Shown here: piece by piece, positions 1-12,707 of the stretch
How positions within the stretch are numbered: position 1 is the first letter of the stretch
Layout of the letters: each line of letters begins with the position of its first letter
Source: Pseudogymnoascus verrucosus
Taxonomy: Eukaryota
DNA length: 64,000 nt
Strand: one strand, 5' to 3'
NCBI GenBank assembly: GCA_001662655.1
Contig: KV460244.1
Translations under genes and position numbers: made by a program
The notes under the pieces: generated by a model
Databases searched by the model: none
Told to the model about the DNA's origin: nothing
Seen by the model: the letters and a program-made list of their open reading frames with translations, nothing else

Positions 1-356
1 GGGAATTGATACCTATATTTGAGGCTAATGGAATCTCTCTCTTTGCTTCATTTTGTTGGTGTCTATCTCGTTGAAAAACTGTAATAGTTTCAGGTTATTA
101 AGAGTCTGCGTTTTATTTGCTGTTCCTATAAATAACTTATACAGCAATAATGTTCGTAGATTGTTCCAGTCCTCCCAGTAGCTGTCATACACAGTCTCTT
201 CATTAGCTCTTCATTAGACTTCAAGTGGCACAATGGCCTCAAAGTCCGGATCGCTACCACCCGCAATGCAGCGGCAGCAGAATCAGCACAACTAATGCAC
301 CAAGCCGAGGCATAACGAAGCACTTCCATAAGTCCTCAATCCCTACCCTTCCCCAT

Positions 357-2008
357 CTACTCAATAATCCACTCCTCAACCTCAATCCCCACACTCCTCC
401 CCACCCCCCTCACAACCTCCCACCCAACATTAACCTTCCACTTACACCCCCCCTCCAACGGATCCGCAACCCTACTCGTCTTCCCCAGCAACCTCAAACT
501 CGCCAGTCCCGCAACAGCAGCCAAAACATCCGCACCCCCCGCCTCCGCCCTCCCCGCCCCATTCGCCTCCTCCCTCAGCGCCCAGAAAATCGCAAGACAC
601 CGTTCCATAACGAACGCCTGCGGCCCGAGCAGCTTGCGGTTTAGCTTCCGCCGCGCCGCGGTCCCGGGACGCGGTTTTGTGGCGTTACCGCCGAGGTTCT
701 TGCGCCGCTTCTTGGTGGGGCCGGAGGACTTGGCGAAGAGGAGGGTGTCGAGGCGCGCGGGGGTGTAGGAGGCGAGGTAGGCGGCTATTAGGAGGATGCG
801 GGAGGTATATGGGAGGGGGGGTGTGGTGAGGGCGTGTTTGGGTGCGAGGGATGCGGCGGTTGGTTTGCTTATTGTGGGAGTGGGGAGTTGGGGTTGTGAG
901 GGGGTGGTAGATGGTGGGAGGGCGAGGGATGTGTTGACAATGGAGGGGATGAGGACGGATTCGTCGCGGAAGAGGGGGCGTTGGGATGTGAGAAGGCGCT
1001 GGAACTCTCGCGGGCCGTAGACACCAGCTCGTATTGGAGCGGTGAAGCGCGGCCAGAGGGTGAGCGCAATGCGACGGAAGGAGAGGATGTCGCGTCCAGC
1101 GTACTTGGCGAAGGTATCCCAGACTGCAGAAAGGAAGCGGGAGTAGAGATCTGCTGTCTCTTTGGCCGTAGGACGAGGAATTGCGTTGTCCTCTCCGCCC
1201 TCGATGGCCACATTATCGTCACCGTCGGATGCGGACGTCGCTTCTAAAGGCGAGGAAGGATATATCGACGGCACAGACCGCGAAACGATAGCCACAGCCT
1301 CCGCCTTCGTATAGCTCGGGAAATGCACATGCGGCGCCCCCGGATTATGCAAAAAATGCGGTCTCGGCGACGTAACCACAAAAACCGTCGTCAGATTCGG
1401 AATCTTCTTCACATTAGCTCACAACACCCCCTCAACTCCCCCCGGAAAAGGAAAACTCACAACCTCCCCCAACCTCGCCAGCGCAGGCACCAACGTCGGC
1501 GGCGCATCCCTCTGCTTATCCACCCCATCAAACACCAGCACGAACCGCCCCTCACGACCCTCTAGCATCTTCCCAAGCAACACAGCCAACTGCGCGAGGT
1601 TCTCGCATCGCCCCGCGCCTTCCTCCCAATCCACCGCCGCAGCAACAGCACACACCGTCCGCTCCAGTAAATGTCGTCCAGTGATACACTCCTTACTCCT
1701 CACGATCGCGTACCTCAGCGCGCCCTCCTCCCCCGCCGCATCACCCGTCGACAATGCATCCAGTACACCTGAGATAACGGCACTCTTCCCTGTCGCAGCG
1801 AGGCCGTAGACGACTATATTCCGAGGGGACGCACAGAGTGGCTACATTCATTGATCAGCTCTCGTGCCCGCAGTTATACAACACGAGAAGGAGAGAGGGG
1901 GGGACTCACACCAACCAGCGCCCCCAGCGCAGCGACTTGCTTCGACCTCTCCGGCATCTCCTTCGCTAACCTCCCCAGCGCCTCGCGCGGTAGCGCAAAG
2001 GTCGACAT
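357..2008 (-). CDS. ORC5: Origin recognition complex subunit 5 (3 exons; introns 1842-1909 and 1404-1460)
   Basis: Spliced translation gives Walker A NIVVYGLAATGKS, Walker B-like FVLVFDGVD, HFPSYTK and the ORC5 C-terminal motifs LLIAAYLASYTP..D and LLGPQAF.MER. Both introns have GTGAGT donors. Confidence 0.92.
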
Positions 2009-2927
2009 CTTTTCCAACTCCGCTATTATAAATACAATCGCACTCCGCTGTGCCTGCCTGCCTGTCTGCCTGCCCTGTATTGTAATCGGTATCGTTGGTG
2101 CTTTCGCTCGTTGTTGATTTAAGCCTGGTCTATCTGGTCTGGCCTCGTCGCTACTGTACACGCGTGAAGGCGAGGCTGAGGAAATTCCACAGCCGTGGAC
2201 GCGGGTGGTAGTGACGCGCCAAGAGCTCAGGGGATGGCGGGTGTGCACGTGATGTGGTGATGAGGAGCGCGTCCGTCTGTCTGGGGTTTATAGGGAGGGA
2301 TTAATGACGAGGGAATTTGGGTATTAATACGCAGGAAGAATAGGTAGATGGTAGAATATGCGGCTATACTAGGTATCTTGGGTTGTCAAATGTGGACAGT
2401 CACAACACGGCCTGGAGATACAACTCTGAGGAACGAACACTATAGCAAGGAGTCGAAGTAATTAATTCAATAGCCATTTGCTTCTATGCTCGCTCTACAG
2501 CACGCAAAGCTCAAGGCACGTATTATTTCATGCTCTACACCCCCACCGTGCTAGACATGCAATTCACCCCGTCCTCCTCCTCAGTTCACATATTACCCAC
2601 TACCATCTCATCCTCACCCCCCATCCTCACCCCCCATTCACCACCAACCACAACCCACCACCAACTCCATCCGCCGCCAAAAGTCAACCAACCCCTCCAT
2701 CTTCGCCGTCGAAATCGTCCTCTGTTCGGGGTATATCGGGTATCGTTAAAATATAAACTTTCACCACCATAAAAAAAAACGCCATCCGTCCATCATCTTT
2801 ATTTATCCCCCCCCACTCCGCCCTCCGATTCGCCCCTGTCCCCCCCATTTTTCTCACCAACGCCATCCATAAACAAGTTTCGCCCCCGCAGCTGCCCTAG
2901 CTCCCCTTCCCCCTACCCCTCCACCTC

Positions 2928-5640
2928 CTAAAAGTCAACCTGCATCTCCCACTCCAACCTATGCTTCTTAACATACTCCCTCAGCATCCTCGCCGCCTCC
3001 ACCTTCACCGTCTTAACCGGCAACGCCTGCCCCCCTGGCGCACGCACAAACGCCATCCCCCCCCCCTCGCGCACAGCCTCCGGCTCCCTAGACTTGAGCT
3101 CCTCGCACGCCATGCGGTACTGGAGCCATAACTCCTGGCTCCGGCGGATATTCTCGCTCATCGCGTCGCGGAACCTCAGGTAGTCGGGGGAATTACTCGG
3201 TGTCTCCTTGGCGAAGCGCAGGTTATGCACTGCGAGTAAGGCGTTCGACGCTACCCCGCCGATCAGGAGGATCACGATGTCGAGATGCAGGTGCGCCTTT
3301 CCGAGGTCGTGGTTCGCCTGCAGTAGTGGGAACAGCGAGAGCCAGTTGTCGCCTGTGTTGGGTCGTCCCATCTTGCGGTACATGGCGTCGAAGGCGTCGA
3401 AGGCGACGAGGTATGCGAGTAGTGATTCCGCCCCGGCGAGGGTCGCCAGTTGGTTTTCCTTGGAGTGGATGTACACGTCGCGCTTGCGCTTGAGCGTCTT
3501 TCCCATCTCGGAGTACTTCGCGTTCGCAGCACGGCAACGGTCCACCTCTATGGATTTGTCGCCGCCGTTCTGCCTCGGTTTCTCCGTGCTAGCGGGCGTA
3601 GATGCCGCGCCCGTCTTCGGTGTGAGAGTGTTGTCATCCGCCGAGTCAACGCGGCGCATCGCAACGCTCTTCATGGCGTCACCCTTCTTCGGTGTGACCT
3701 TACTCGCGCTCGGAAGCTTCTTTCCAGAAGTCGGAGGCTGGCCTGGGGATTTAAATGGCGGGAGTAATTGGCCAGTGGCAGCTTTATCAGAGTCGATTTT
3801 CGCAGGGACCTTCGCTCGCTTTATCGATCGCTCGGGTTGCTCATCGGGTACGGGGCGCGGCCGTTTGCTCTCGGCAGCCCTCGCCTTTGATACGGCCGGC
3901 TTCTCGGGAACTATGCCGTCGGCCAATTCAAGTACGGCTCTGTTTGGTATTGGCTTCGTTTTGAGGATGCGCTGTATGTCTTTCGTCATGCTCTTCTTGT
4001 ACTTCAGCTTGACGATTTGCCGTGGCGGCTCATAGGTGATCTCAGGAGGAGAAGAGTCAGAAGCTTTAGATGCACGTCGCTTCTCTGCCGCACTAAGTTT
4101 GGGTGCCTTTCTCGCCACGCCGGGAGTATCAGGGTTGCGACTCTTCTCATGGCGAGCTTGGACAGTATCGAGTTTCCTTGTTGGTTGTTTGTTCTTCGCC
4201 AGTAATTCTTCGACGTTCGGTGGTAGTTCCCTCGGCAGCAGCTCCGGCAAACGGAAAGGCGATGTCTTCTCACTCTGTTCCTTTCTCTTCGCTGTTGAAG
4301 ATTCCGCCTTCGTAGTTGAAGGGCTATCGCGGCCATTCTTGCCTGGCTTCTCCGCTCCATGTCCCGAACTAAAACTAACCGGGGTCGGACTCGTAAGGTA
4401 TTCCGGCAGCGGCGACAGAAGCCTAGGCATCTCAGGAACTCTCGTGGCCGACGGCGCATCCTTCGCCTTGCTCCCAGACGCAGGCCCACGCTCCGAGGCC
4501 TTCTTATCATCCGCCCTCTTTGTCGGAGTATTATCAACGCTCGTCGGCTGTGACTGCTTCGCATTCGAGGGTTTCGACTTCGGCGCCGTCCCAAAGAGTC
4601 TGGACAGGGGATCCGAAGTATTCCTCTGGTGTCCCTTCACAGTTCCACTCTGCGTATGTTTTGCCTCAATCTTCAGGCGCTTCTCCGGCTGCGACTGCTC
4701 GGGCTTTTCGAGCGGCCTCTTGGGCGCATGATTCGACACTGCCGGTTTCGGAGGGAGAGGATGTGATATTTCTTGCTTCATTGTTGTAGGTTTAGGAGTT
4801 GTGTTTTGTTGCTCTCTTGCCTTCGGTGGACGCGCATGGCGATCATTATCCTTGGCTTGGGGAGCTGAGGGCTTCGATTGAGGCACGCGCGAGTCGCTTG
4901 GCCTAGGCGCATCTTCGTTCTTGACCGCACCAGAGTGCCTGCCATCTGCGGAACTAGAAATACTAATTAGCATACAAATGCGACAAACATATCAAAGCCC
5001 AGATCACATACCGTGTAGCTCCATTCTGCGCAGCCTTCGCCGGTTCCGCCTTAGTAACAACCTTCACATTCTCCTTCTCCCTACTCGACTCGCCAGCAGT
5101 CTGCTGCGAGTCACCCGCCGGTTTCGGCACGCGCTTCCCACTCCTATAATCAGCGAGCGAGATCCTACTCCTCGGCTTCGCACCGCCCCTCTCGCCCTGC
5201 TGCGGCGTAGCCGTGCCACTGCGCGACCGCGACACATTATACGGCGAGCGCGAGTTCATCTCCTCCTCCCAGCCGCCGCGCGGGCGAGCAACGCCGCGAT
5301 TGTCGCCAGTGACGAGCGTCATGTACTGCAGCTCGTCGAACTCGAAGGCTTCGAAGGGGGAGTTGCGGTGGGTCTCCCATGGGCGCGAGCCGCGGTATGG
5401 ATCGGTGGTTGGGACGGAGAGGAGGTGCGGTATCGGTGGGAGGAATTTGGTCTTGAGCTTGTCGATCGCGCTGTTGATAGCTTCTATCGTGGGGGAGATG
5501 TTGGAGTCGCCGTTGGGGTTCTTGGCGTCGTCCATGTTTGTGTTGGGGAGCTCATGCAGCTTCGTGGTTGGTGTTGGTGTGGTGGTGGTGGTCAACTGCG
5601 GTGGTGGCTGGAGGAGTGTTGAGCTTTGCAATTGATCCAT
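2928..5640 (-). CDS. Large low-complexity nuclear protein, probably with an Ell-binding protein Ebp1-like C-terminal helical domain (2 exons; intron 4954-5011)
   Basis: ORFs 4963-5682 and 2928-4973 join through a GTATGT..CTAAT..TAG intron. The body is K/P/S-rich; the C-terminus is helical (AESLLAYLVAF...WLSLFPLL). The family call is from recall. The start ATG 5640 is tentative. Confidence 0.55.
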
Positions 5641-7085
5641 GGTGCAATTGAAGGCGTCCTGGAGACTGCGCGATCTCTGCAACAGGATGTGGCGCGCGAG
5701 GAAAGTGCGTGTGCGTCTTTAGATATGTATGAGTCGGTGGTATGAGGGTGTGTGTGGATGTGGATGGCTGTGTAAAGTCCTATTGTCGCCAATTGCCCGC
5801 GTCGGCAAGTGTTGAAGATAGGCCGTGGCGGCGACAATAGGCCCAGTTGGTATTGTCGTCAGGCGCTCAACCCATCGACAATACGTCGCCGCGCCTCATG
5901 CGCTTTTTGAGCAAGCGCGGGGATTCGGGGTAGATGTGAAGAGGATGATCAATGGCGGGTGGTAGTAGCTAGCGGCAGGAGCAGCAGCAGAGTTTCGATA
6001 TGTAGGACTACAATATGTAGATGAAAGGGCAAGAGGCAAACTGACAGTATGCGGCCGTGTATTATGCGTGTGCGTATGTGTATGTGTATGCGCCGAATGA
6101 GGAGAAAGTGAGGCTGAAGAGGATATATCGGTATCGGTATCCGGGGTATAAGTGAGTGAGTTGAAGAGGCGGAAGGGAAGGGAAGGGAAGGTTGGCAGGG
6201 CAGAAAGTACCGTAGTTTAGACACTTTAGACGGGGAGGTACTTGTGTTCTTTGTTCTTTGTTGTACTGCAGAAGTGGGAGGACAGAGGTAGAGGGGAAGT
6301 ATATTCTAGCTGTGAGTAGCAGCTGAAAGTGACATCAGAAGATACGATTCACCACACCAAAAATCAGCGTCCAGGCCGTGGCAGCCTCACCACTCCCTCC
6401 CACCGAGTACAAGCAACCAAAGTACCCCCAGTGCATACTGTCACGCTAGTCCCAAACCAGGGTGTTCCGTGCCGTCAGCCGCCATCCGTCAGGAACATAC
6501 ATGGAGGAGAGAAAGATGCCATCGGCGTGAAGATCTGCCGCTGAGATCGCTGCCGAGTTATCATATTATCATATTATCATATATGTATGCTTATTTATAT
6601 ACGGATGAGATGTTGGCTATGATGGGATTGGGTTGAAGAGGGCGAGGAAGATATGAATTTCAGTATACAACCTATAAACTATAAACTATAAACCGTGCAC
6701 AGAAATTTGGAGTCAACACATACACTAGTCCCCGCACGCAAGTTTATTTATCAAGCTGAAGTATACATCAATCTATATTCTCAATATATATGTGATCGAT
6801 ACAGAACACATCACAATGTGAACCATATATAAAGATAAAGTACCCTATCCCCCCAGCACGCCGTCACCCCTTCAAATATAGTTTACACAGACCAGACAGG
6901 CAGGCAGTCCCCTCGTCCATCCCTCCCCTCCTCCCCTGCCCTACTCCTGCCCCTGCTCCACTCATACCCTCTATGTACGTACAGTACAGTACAGTACAGT
7001 GCAGCACGCCCAGATCCAGATCCAAAGAACGCCGTCTATAAATCCCTCCCATGCTCATCATATAAACCATAATCCATGCCCATCC

Positions 7086-8813
7086 TCACGAGGCCTTCAC
7101 GTCCTGCCTCGGCCAACGGTCCTCCGGCCTCGTCACAGGCGGAATCCACGGCGGCCCCGCTCCCCCAGGCCGCCCTCTCACGCTCTCGCTATCGCTGCGT
7201 AGCCGGTTCCCTTCCGGTGGGCCGTTATACCCGTTCACATACGGATTACTCGCGCTCGACACCGACTGCGGCTCTACCGCTGCGGCGGCCTCGACATCCC
7301 CGCTCAGCTCACGGATCGGCAGTAGTGCCTCCTCCTTGATATCCAGTAGTCGCGCTTTGCGGTCAGCTTTGTTGCTGTGTCCGGTGCGGTCGTACAGGTA
7401 GAGTCCGAAGAAGGTGAGCGCGATGCCGAAGCCTTGGATGGGGGTTGTAGCGTTCTGGAACCAGATAATGGCGATGACGACGACGAAGACACGCTTGATT
7501 AGCGAGGCGACGGAGTAGGTCACCGGCGAGACCATGGACAGCAGCACGAAGGCAATAATGTTCTGTCCGAAGTGGAAGGTGCCGTTGAAGATGAACTCGA
7601 GCGTGAGACGACCGTGGTCCAAAGCGGCCGGCGACGACGTATTTTCCAGGTCGAGCGACCCGTCGTGCAGGAAGTCAGAGATGAGGGAGAATCCCTCGGA
7701 GAACAGCCATAGCGGGGCTGTGAGGAGAAACGCCAATCCTGACGAGTAGCATAGTAGGTTTAGTTTATCCAGCCGCCGCGACTGCTGGTGTTGGCCGTCT
7801 GCTTCGGCCTTGGCGGCCTCGTTGAAGAGGCGTTTCGAAAATATGTTCTGTGTGACAAATATTATAGCCGCTAAAAAAGCGTAGAGGATGCCGATGAAGT
7901 TGCCCTTGAACGAGGCAGAGCACGCGAGCATCACACCGAGGGTGAGCGGGATGAGAGAGAGGTATGTGGTAAGGGGGTAGCGGATATCGAAGACGATGCG
8001 GTATGCAAACACGGTAAATAGGGGTGAGAGGCCCTTGATAGTATGTACGAGCGAGACGGGGATTCGTTGTGTCGCTGAGGAGGAGAGGAGATGTCCGCCG
8101 ATTTGGAAGAATGCGAGCGGCAATGTGGTGACGATGACGTCGCGAGTCGGGGGTCTGATGCCAAACCGGAGAGCGGGGATGGCATTCTTCATGGCGGGGA
8201 AGCTCTCGGCCAGCGCCGAGAAAAGGAGACAATATGACGAGACGAATCCGAATTGTATGAGTGTGAGGGTCGCGGGTTTCGGGAAGGCCATCAAGATGGT
8301 TTTTGAGGAGGTGTTCGTCAGGGCAGAGGAGAGGTACCAAACTATGCAGAGTGTCTACGATTATCAGCATACAGCAAAGTCCGGGGATGGCAATTGGAAG
8401 CCTACAATGAGCTTTGGTGACACCGGCGCCTTCAGAGCGCCCGCAATCTCGTGCGCATTTGCAGTAACGCTGCCCTTCCTCGAGCGAATGGTTCTGAACG
8501 CGTCCGTCAAGCTCTTCTGTCTGCCGTGTACTCTCCCCGTAGGATGATATGCGGCCTTGCCGGTCCAGCTCGGCGGTATGGGCTCTCTGCGTGTCTGCCA
8601 CCGTTCGAAGGGCGATGGTGTTACCCCATTGAGCGCCCCATTCGCTCTGGGCGGCTCAGGGATTTGGTCGTCCTGCTCCCCGAGAAACGATGGGTCCATG
8701 TCGGGGAACTTCTCCATCGACATACGCGCCTCAGCAACGGGTTTCGGTGCGGTGGCGTGGCTCAAGGACCTCTCTCGCCGTAATTGTAGTGGAGGGGATG
8801 TTGAGTGCGGCAT
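7086..8813 (-). CDS. SLY41: Triose-phosphate/nucleotide-sugar transporter family protein, SLY41-like (intron 8355-8405)
   Basis: TPT-family motifs VSLVHTIKGLSPLFTV, QNIFSK and VSPVTYSVASLIKRV; multiple transmembrane segments. Confidence 0.85.
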
Positions 8814-9522
8814 TGCGACAGTCGGGGGGGGGGGAGGGGGGGAATTGAAGCGAGCTGAGAAAGCTGGGAGGGTCGGAGAAAGCTTAGGATGGCATTATCG
8901 TCAATAGTTCATTCTTCGAGCGCTGATATTATTGGCAGCGACAGTGTTAATTGAAGAAGAAGACGGGGTATGTAGACGGTAGTAGACGTTGTGAGAGGTG
9001 GGAGAAGCTGAAGAGTTGAGGATATAATGGAGGATATCCACGCAAACGGACAAATATCCAGTTAGCTGCAGTTATACGACCACGGACCATTCAGAGCCCG
9101 AGTTTAGAAGCTGAGTACGAGGTACCAAGGAGTACATGCATCCAAGTAGACAATTAACGAAATTGCTTGGCGAAATGTCTTGGCGCTTGGCAACGATTTG
9201 TGCAATGATCAATGATGGAATGTTTGACTTGGCACGCTAGAACGAACTAGGAGAGTTAGAGGCGCTAGGATGGTTGGGGGTTAGCGTTGCGGCAGCCGCG
9301 TGAATATCGAATTGTCGAATATCTCCAGGCTGAACTTATCGCGACAGAGGGCAGAAAGACAGCTATATACCCGACAGAATAGCATCTACTGCACCACCAC
9401 ACGCCTGTATATCAACGCATTGTTACTCGAACAGGGCATTGAAGGATACAGTAGCATACAGCAGACAATTTACTGCACAAAAAACACACCAGCACCCCCC
9501 TCACACGACACCCCCGGGCGCG

Positions 9523-11316
9523 ATGCCCTCAGCGACCAAGATGGCGCCGAAGATGACCAAGAACCAGATGAGGAGGGCGAAGAAGAAGGAGCAGAAGAAG
9601 ACGGAGGTGAGCATTGATAGTATGTGCGCATTGACGACAGTAGCTAACACAGCCAAGGACACAGCAGTCAAGGTCGAGCCAACACCAGAACCAGAGGCAT
9701 CATCCGCGCCACCAGTGAAGTCAGAAGAACAACCAACACCAGTCAAGGCAGACGACGAAGACATCTCACAGATTGAAATCTCAGCACTCGACATCTCCGA
9801 AGATGACCCGAACTACGAGATGTTCAAGGCTATCATCGACCGCTTCCAGGTGAACAAGGAGGGAGAGGACGCCGACGAGAAGGCCAATGGAGACAAGGGC
9901 GAGATCTTCTACTCTGACGACGAGGATATTCCAGACGAGGAGGAAGAGGCTGAGCCGAAAATGTCAAAGAAGGCGCGCAAGGCGCAAAACAAGCTGTCCG
10001 TCGCAGAGCTGAAGGCGCTTGTCAACAAGCCTGAACTGGTCGACTGGACAGACACCTCAGCCCCAGACCCTCGACTACTCGTCCACATCAAATCATACCG
10101 CAACGTTGTCCCAGTTCCCACACATTGGTCGCTGAAGCGCGAGTACCTCTCCTCGAAGCGTGGTGTTGAGAAGCCGCCGTTCGCCCTCCCCAAATTCATC
10201 CAAGAGACGGGCATTGCCGAGATGCGCGACGCCGTTCTGGAGAAGGCAGCCGACGCCTCTCTCAAGTCTAAGCAGCGCGAGCGCGTCCAGCCGAAAATGG
10301 GAAAGCTCGATATCGACTACCAAAAACTATACGAGGCCTTCTTCCGCCACCAGACGAAGCCAGAATTGACGCGGTACGGCGAGGTGTACTACGAGGGCAA
10401 GGAGTACGAGACGAACCTTAGGCATCTGCGCCCTGGAGAGTTATCGGAGGAGCTGAAAGAGGCACTCAATATCCCACCAGGAGCACCACCGCCATGGCTC
10501 ATCAACCAACAGCGCTTCGGTCCTCCACCATCCTACCCATCCCTAAAAATCCCCGGCTTGAACGCACCACCCCCACCCGGTGGAGCCTGGGGTTTCCATC
10601 CCGGTGGATACGGCAAGCCTCCCGTCGACGAGTTCAATCGCCCCCTATACGGCGGCGACATCTTCGGCGTGCTCCAGCCGCAAGTCAACAACCAAGCCGG
10701 TGAACCCATCGAGCGCACACTCTGGGGCGAACTCCAAGCACCAGAAGAAGAAGAGGAAGAGGAAGAGTCCGAAGAAGAAGAAGAAGAGGAGGAGGAAGAA
10801 GACACTACCGGCCTCGAAACCCCAGGCGGTCTCGTCACCCCCGGCGGCATGGCCTCCGCCGTCCCCTCCGAGTACCCCAGCGAGATCGACGCAGGCGGCG
10901 CCTTCGACCTGCGCAAATCCCGCAAGGGCACCGAGACAGAGGAGTACACCGGCCCACGCACCGCATACACCGTCATCCCCGAGCGCGCCATCCGCGCCGA
11001 GGGTTTCTTCGGCGGCGAGCGCGCCTACGACGTCTCCTCAATCAATCGCCCGCCTCCTAACGTGCCTGTCCTCGGAGAAGAAGACCAGCGCAAGCGCAAG
11101 AAGCCGGGAGATGTGGAGATGGCTATTGATCCTGAGGCGCTGGAGGCGGGGCCGGACGAGCTGCGGAGGAGGTATGAGAGTGCGAGGCGCGAGCAGGATG
11201 TCGCGGGCGTGCAAGGGAGTGGGAAGTGGGGGACTGAGGAGGATTTGAGTGAGATGATTGAGAAGGAGAGTCGGAAGAGGCAGAAGAGGGATGAGGAGAG
11301 GAGGAGCGCGAGGTAG
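9523..11316 (+). CDS. CUS1: Splicing factor 3B subunit 2 (SAP145/Cus1); probable 51-nt in-frame intron 9607-9657
   Basis: DUF382 region (LSVAELK...DPRLLVHIKSYRNVVPVPTHW) and PSP domain (PPPWLINQQRFGPPPSYP.LKIPGLNAP). Confidence 0.95.
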   Translation: MPSATKMAPKMTKNQMRRAKKKEQKKTEVSIDSMCALTTVANTAKDTAVKVEPTPEPEASSAPPVKSEEQPTPVKADDEDISQIEISALDISEDDPNYEMFKAIIDRFQVNKEGEDADEKANGDKGEIFYSDDEDIPDEEEEAEPKMSKKARKAQNKLSVAELKALVNKPELVDWTDTSAPDPRLLVHIKSYRNVVPVPTHWSLKREYLSSKRGVEKPPFALPKFIQETGIAEMRDAVLEKAADASLKSKQRERVQPKMGKLDIDYQKLYEAFFRHQTKPELTRYGEVYYEGKEYETNLRHLRPGELSEELKEALNIPPGAPPPWLINQQRFGPPPSYPSLKIPGLNAPPPPGGAWGFHPGGYGKPPVDEFNRPLYGGDIFGVLQPQVNNQAGEPIERTLWGELQAPEEEEEEEESEEEEEEEEEEDTTGLETPGGLVTPGGMASAVPSEYPSEIDAGGAFDLRKSRKGTETEEYTGPRTAYTVIPERAIRAEGFFGGERAYDVSSINRPPPNVPVLGEEDQRKRKKPGDVEMAIDPEALEAGPDELRRRYESARREQDVAGVQGSGKWGTEEDLSEMIEKESRKRQKRDEERRSAR

Positions 11317-11841
11317 TTGGGACAGGGTGTTGGGATAGTGTACCATTATGGTTGGAGATATTTAATAGCATCAATGGATGGGGCGTGGATCGTCCGCCGA
11401 ATCTCGCAGTTTTTGTCTACTCTGTGCGAATTTACAACGCTGCTGAAGGGTGTCCTAATGGTATGCCCCTTACTGGCCCAAATCAGTCCACACAGCAAAC
11501 TCACCCTCTCTCATTTTGAGAATTGATACTCGTTACATTTTGCAAGAGACAACAAACAAGAGCCATATATTAACATTTAACAGGGTCACTAACCCGCACA
11601 AAATATAAAAAGCCACTTCAAAGGGTCCATCCCACCTCGCGTCGCCAAAACTACGTAAAACCGACGCCATCACCACCCCTTCCCCCCCAACATCACGCCA
11701 CCTCCCAATCCCCCTAAATCCCCCAAAATCTCCCCTCCTCATCTAACATCCTCTCTCCTCCCATCTCATCCCAAAAATACTCCCCAAAAAATCAGCATAA
11801 CCGCCAACATCCAAAACCATAATACAATCCTCCCTCACACA

Positions 11842-12084
11842 ATGACCACCCCTCTCCACCCCCACGCAGTCTGGAACCCCGCCTTCCGCCCCAACACCAA
11901 CACCAACGCCACTACCTCCCTTCCCCCCCCCCTCCCCCTCTCCACCGCCACCCCGACCCACCCCTCCAACACACACCTCCACAACGTAACCCCCTTCACC
12001 ATCGCCGCCGCCGCCGCCTCCTCCAAGCTCAACAGACACAGACACGGACCTGAAATCAATTCCGCTAGGGAACGACGATGCTAG
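11842..12084 (+). CDS. Candidate small orphan ORF (80 aa)
   Basis: ATG in ACAATG context. C-rich body followed by a G-rich tail, as at the ends of neighbouring real genes. No recognisable domain. Confidence 0.25.
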   Translation: MTTPLHPHAVWNPAFRPNTNTNATTSLPPPLPLSTATPTHPSNTHLHNVTPFTIAAAAASSKLNRHRHGPEINSARERRC

Positions 12085-12707
12085 GGATCTAGAAGCCGGG
12101 ATGGGGGGGGTGGTGGTGAGGCGGGGGGGAATAAAAAAGAGGGTTGAGGGGTGGTGGACGGGGGTTGCGTGTTTGGTGTTGATGTTTTTTACGGTTAGTT
12201 TGGGGGGGTGCTTTGCTTTTGGGGGGTAGAAGGGGGAAATGGGGGAAGAAGGGGGGGAGGGGAGGGCGGAAGATATCGATGTCTAAATGGCGTGGTTGGG
12301 GGTTGGGGGTATATATATGGTATTTGTGGTGGGGTTGAAAATAGCGGGTTTCTCATATGGATCGCAGATAGAATAATTGGAAAGGGGGTAATATTTCTTA
12401 AAGCAAATAATTTCACAATCTGACGACACAAAACCATCGAAATAGCCACCACATCTTTTTTGTGTGAGTCGAGTACGAATTAATTTATACTCCTACTTAA
12501 TCTACCCCCCATTATGCATATTCAATCATCCTCCCAAACGAAAGAAGCGTCCTTTATTACCGCTTACTCGCCAAAAACAACAAAAGCTCGAATAACCATG
12601 CCTCTCCAGAAGCTTAACGCCGCGTTTCCCATTTTCATATCCTCGTCACTACTTTGTTCACCACCTTCTCTGGCATCATTTCAACCGCCCGCGTCAACTA
12701 CCCTCCT

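Noticed and set aside
3208..5635. Long plus-strand ORFs (3208-4035, 4036-4731, 4921-5622)
   Set aside because: Antisense shadows of the GC-rich minus-strand gene; no motifs of their own.
6555..7000. Short repeats (ttatcata x3, ctataaa x3, tacag x4)
   Set aside because: Ordinary intergenic or UTR microsatellites; not CRISPR-like and no spacers.
10743..10803. GAA/GAG-rich tract
   Set aside because: Encodes the acidic Glu stretch normal for SF3B2.
11743..12059. Gly/Val-rich minus-strand ORFs
   Set aside because: Non-ATG starts; a by-product of the C-rich plus strand.
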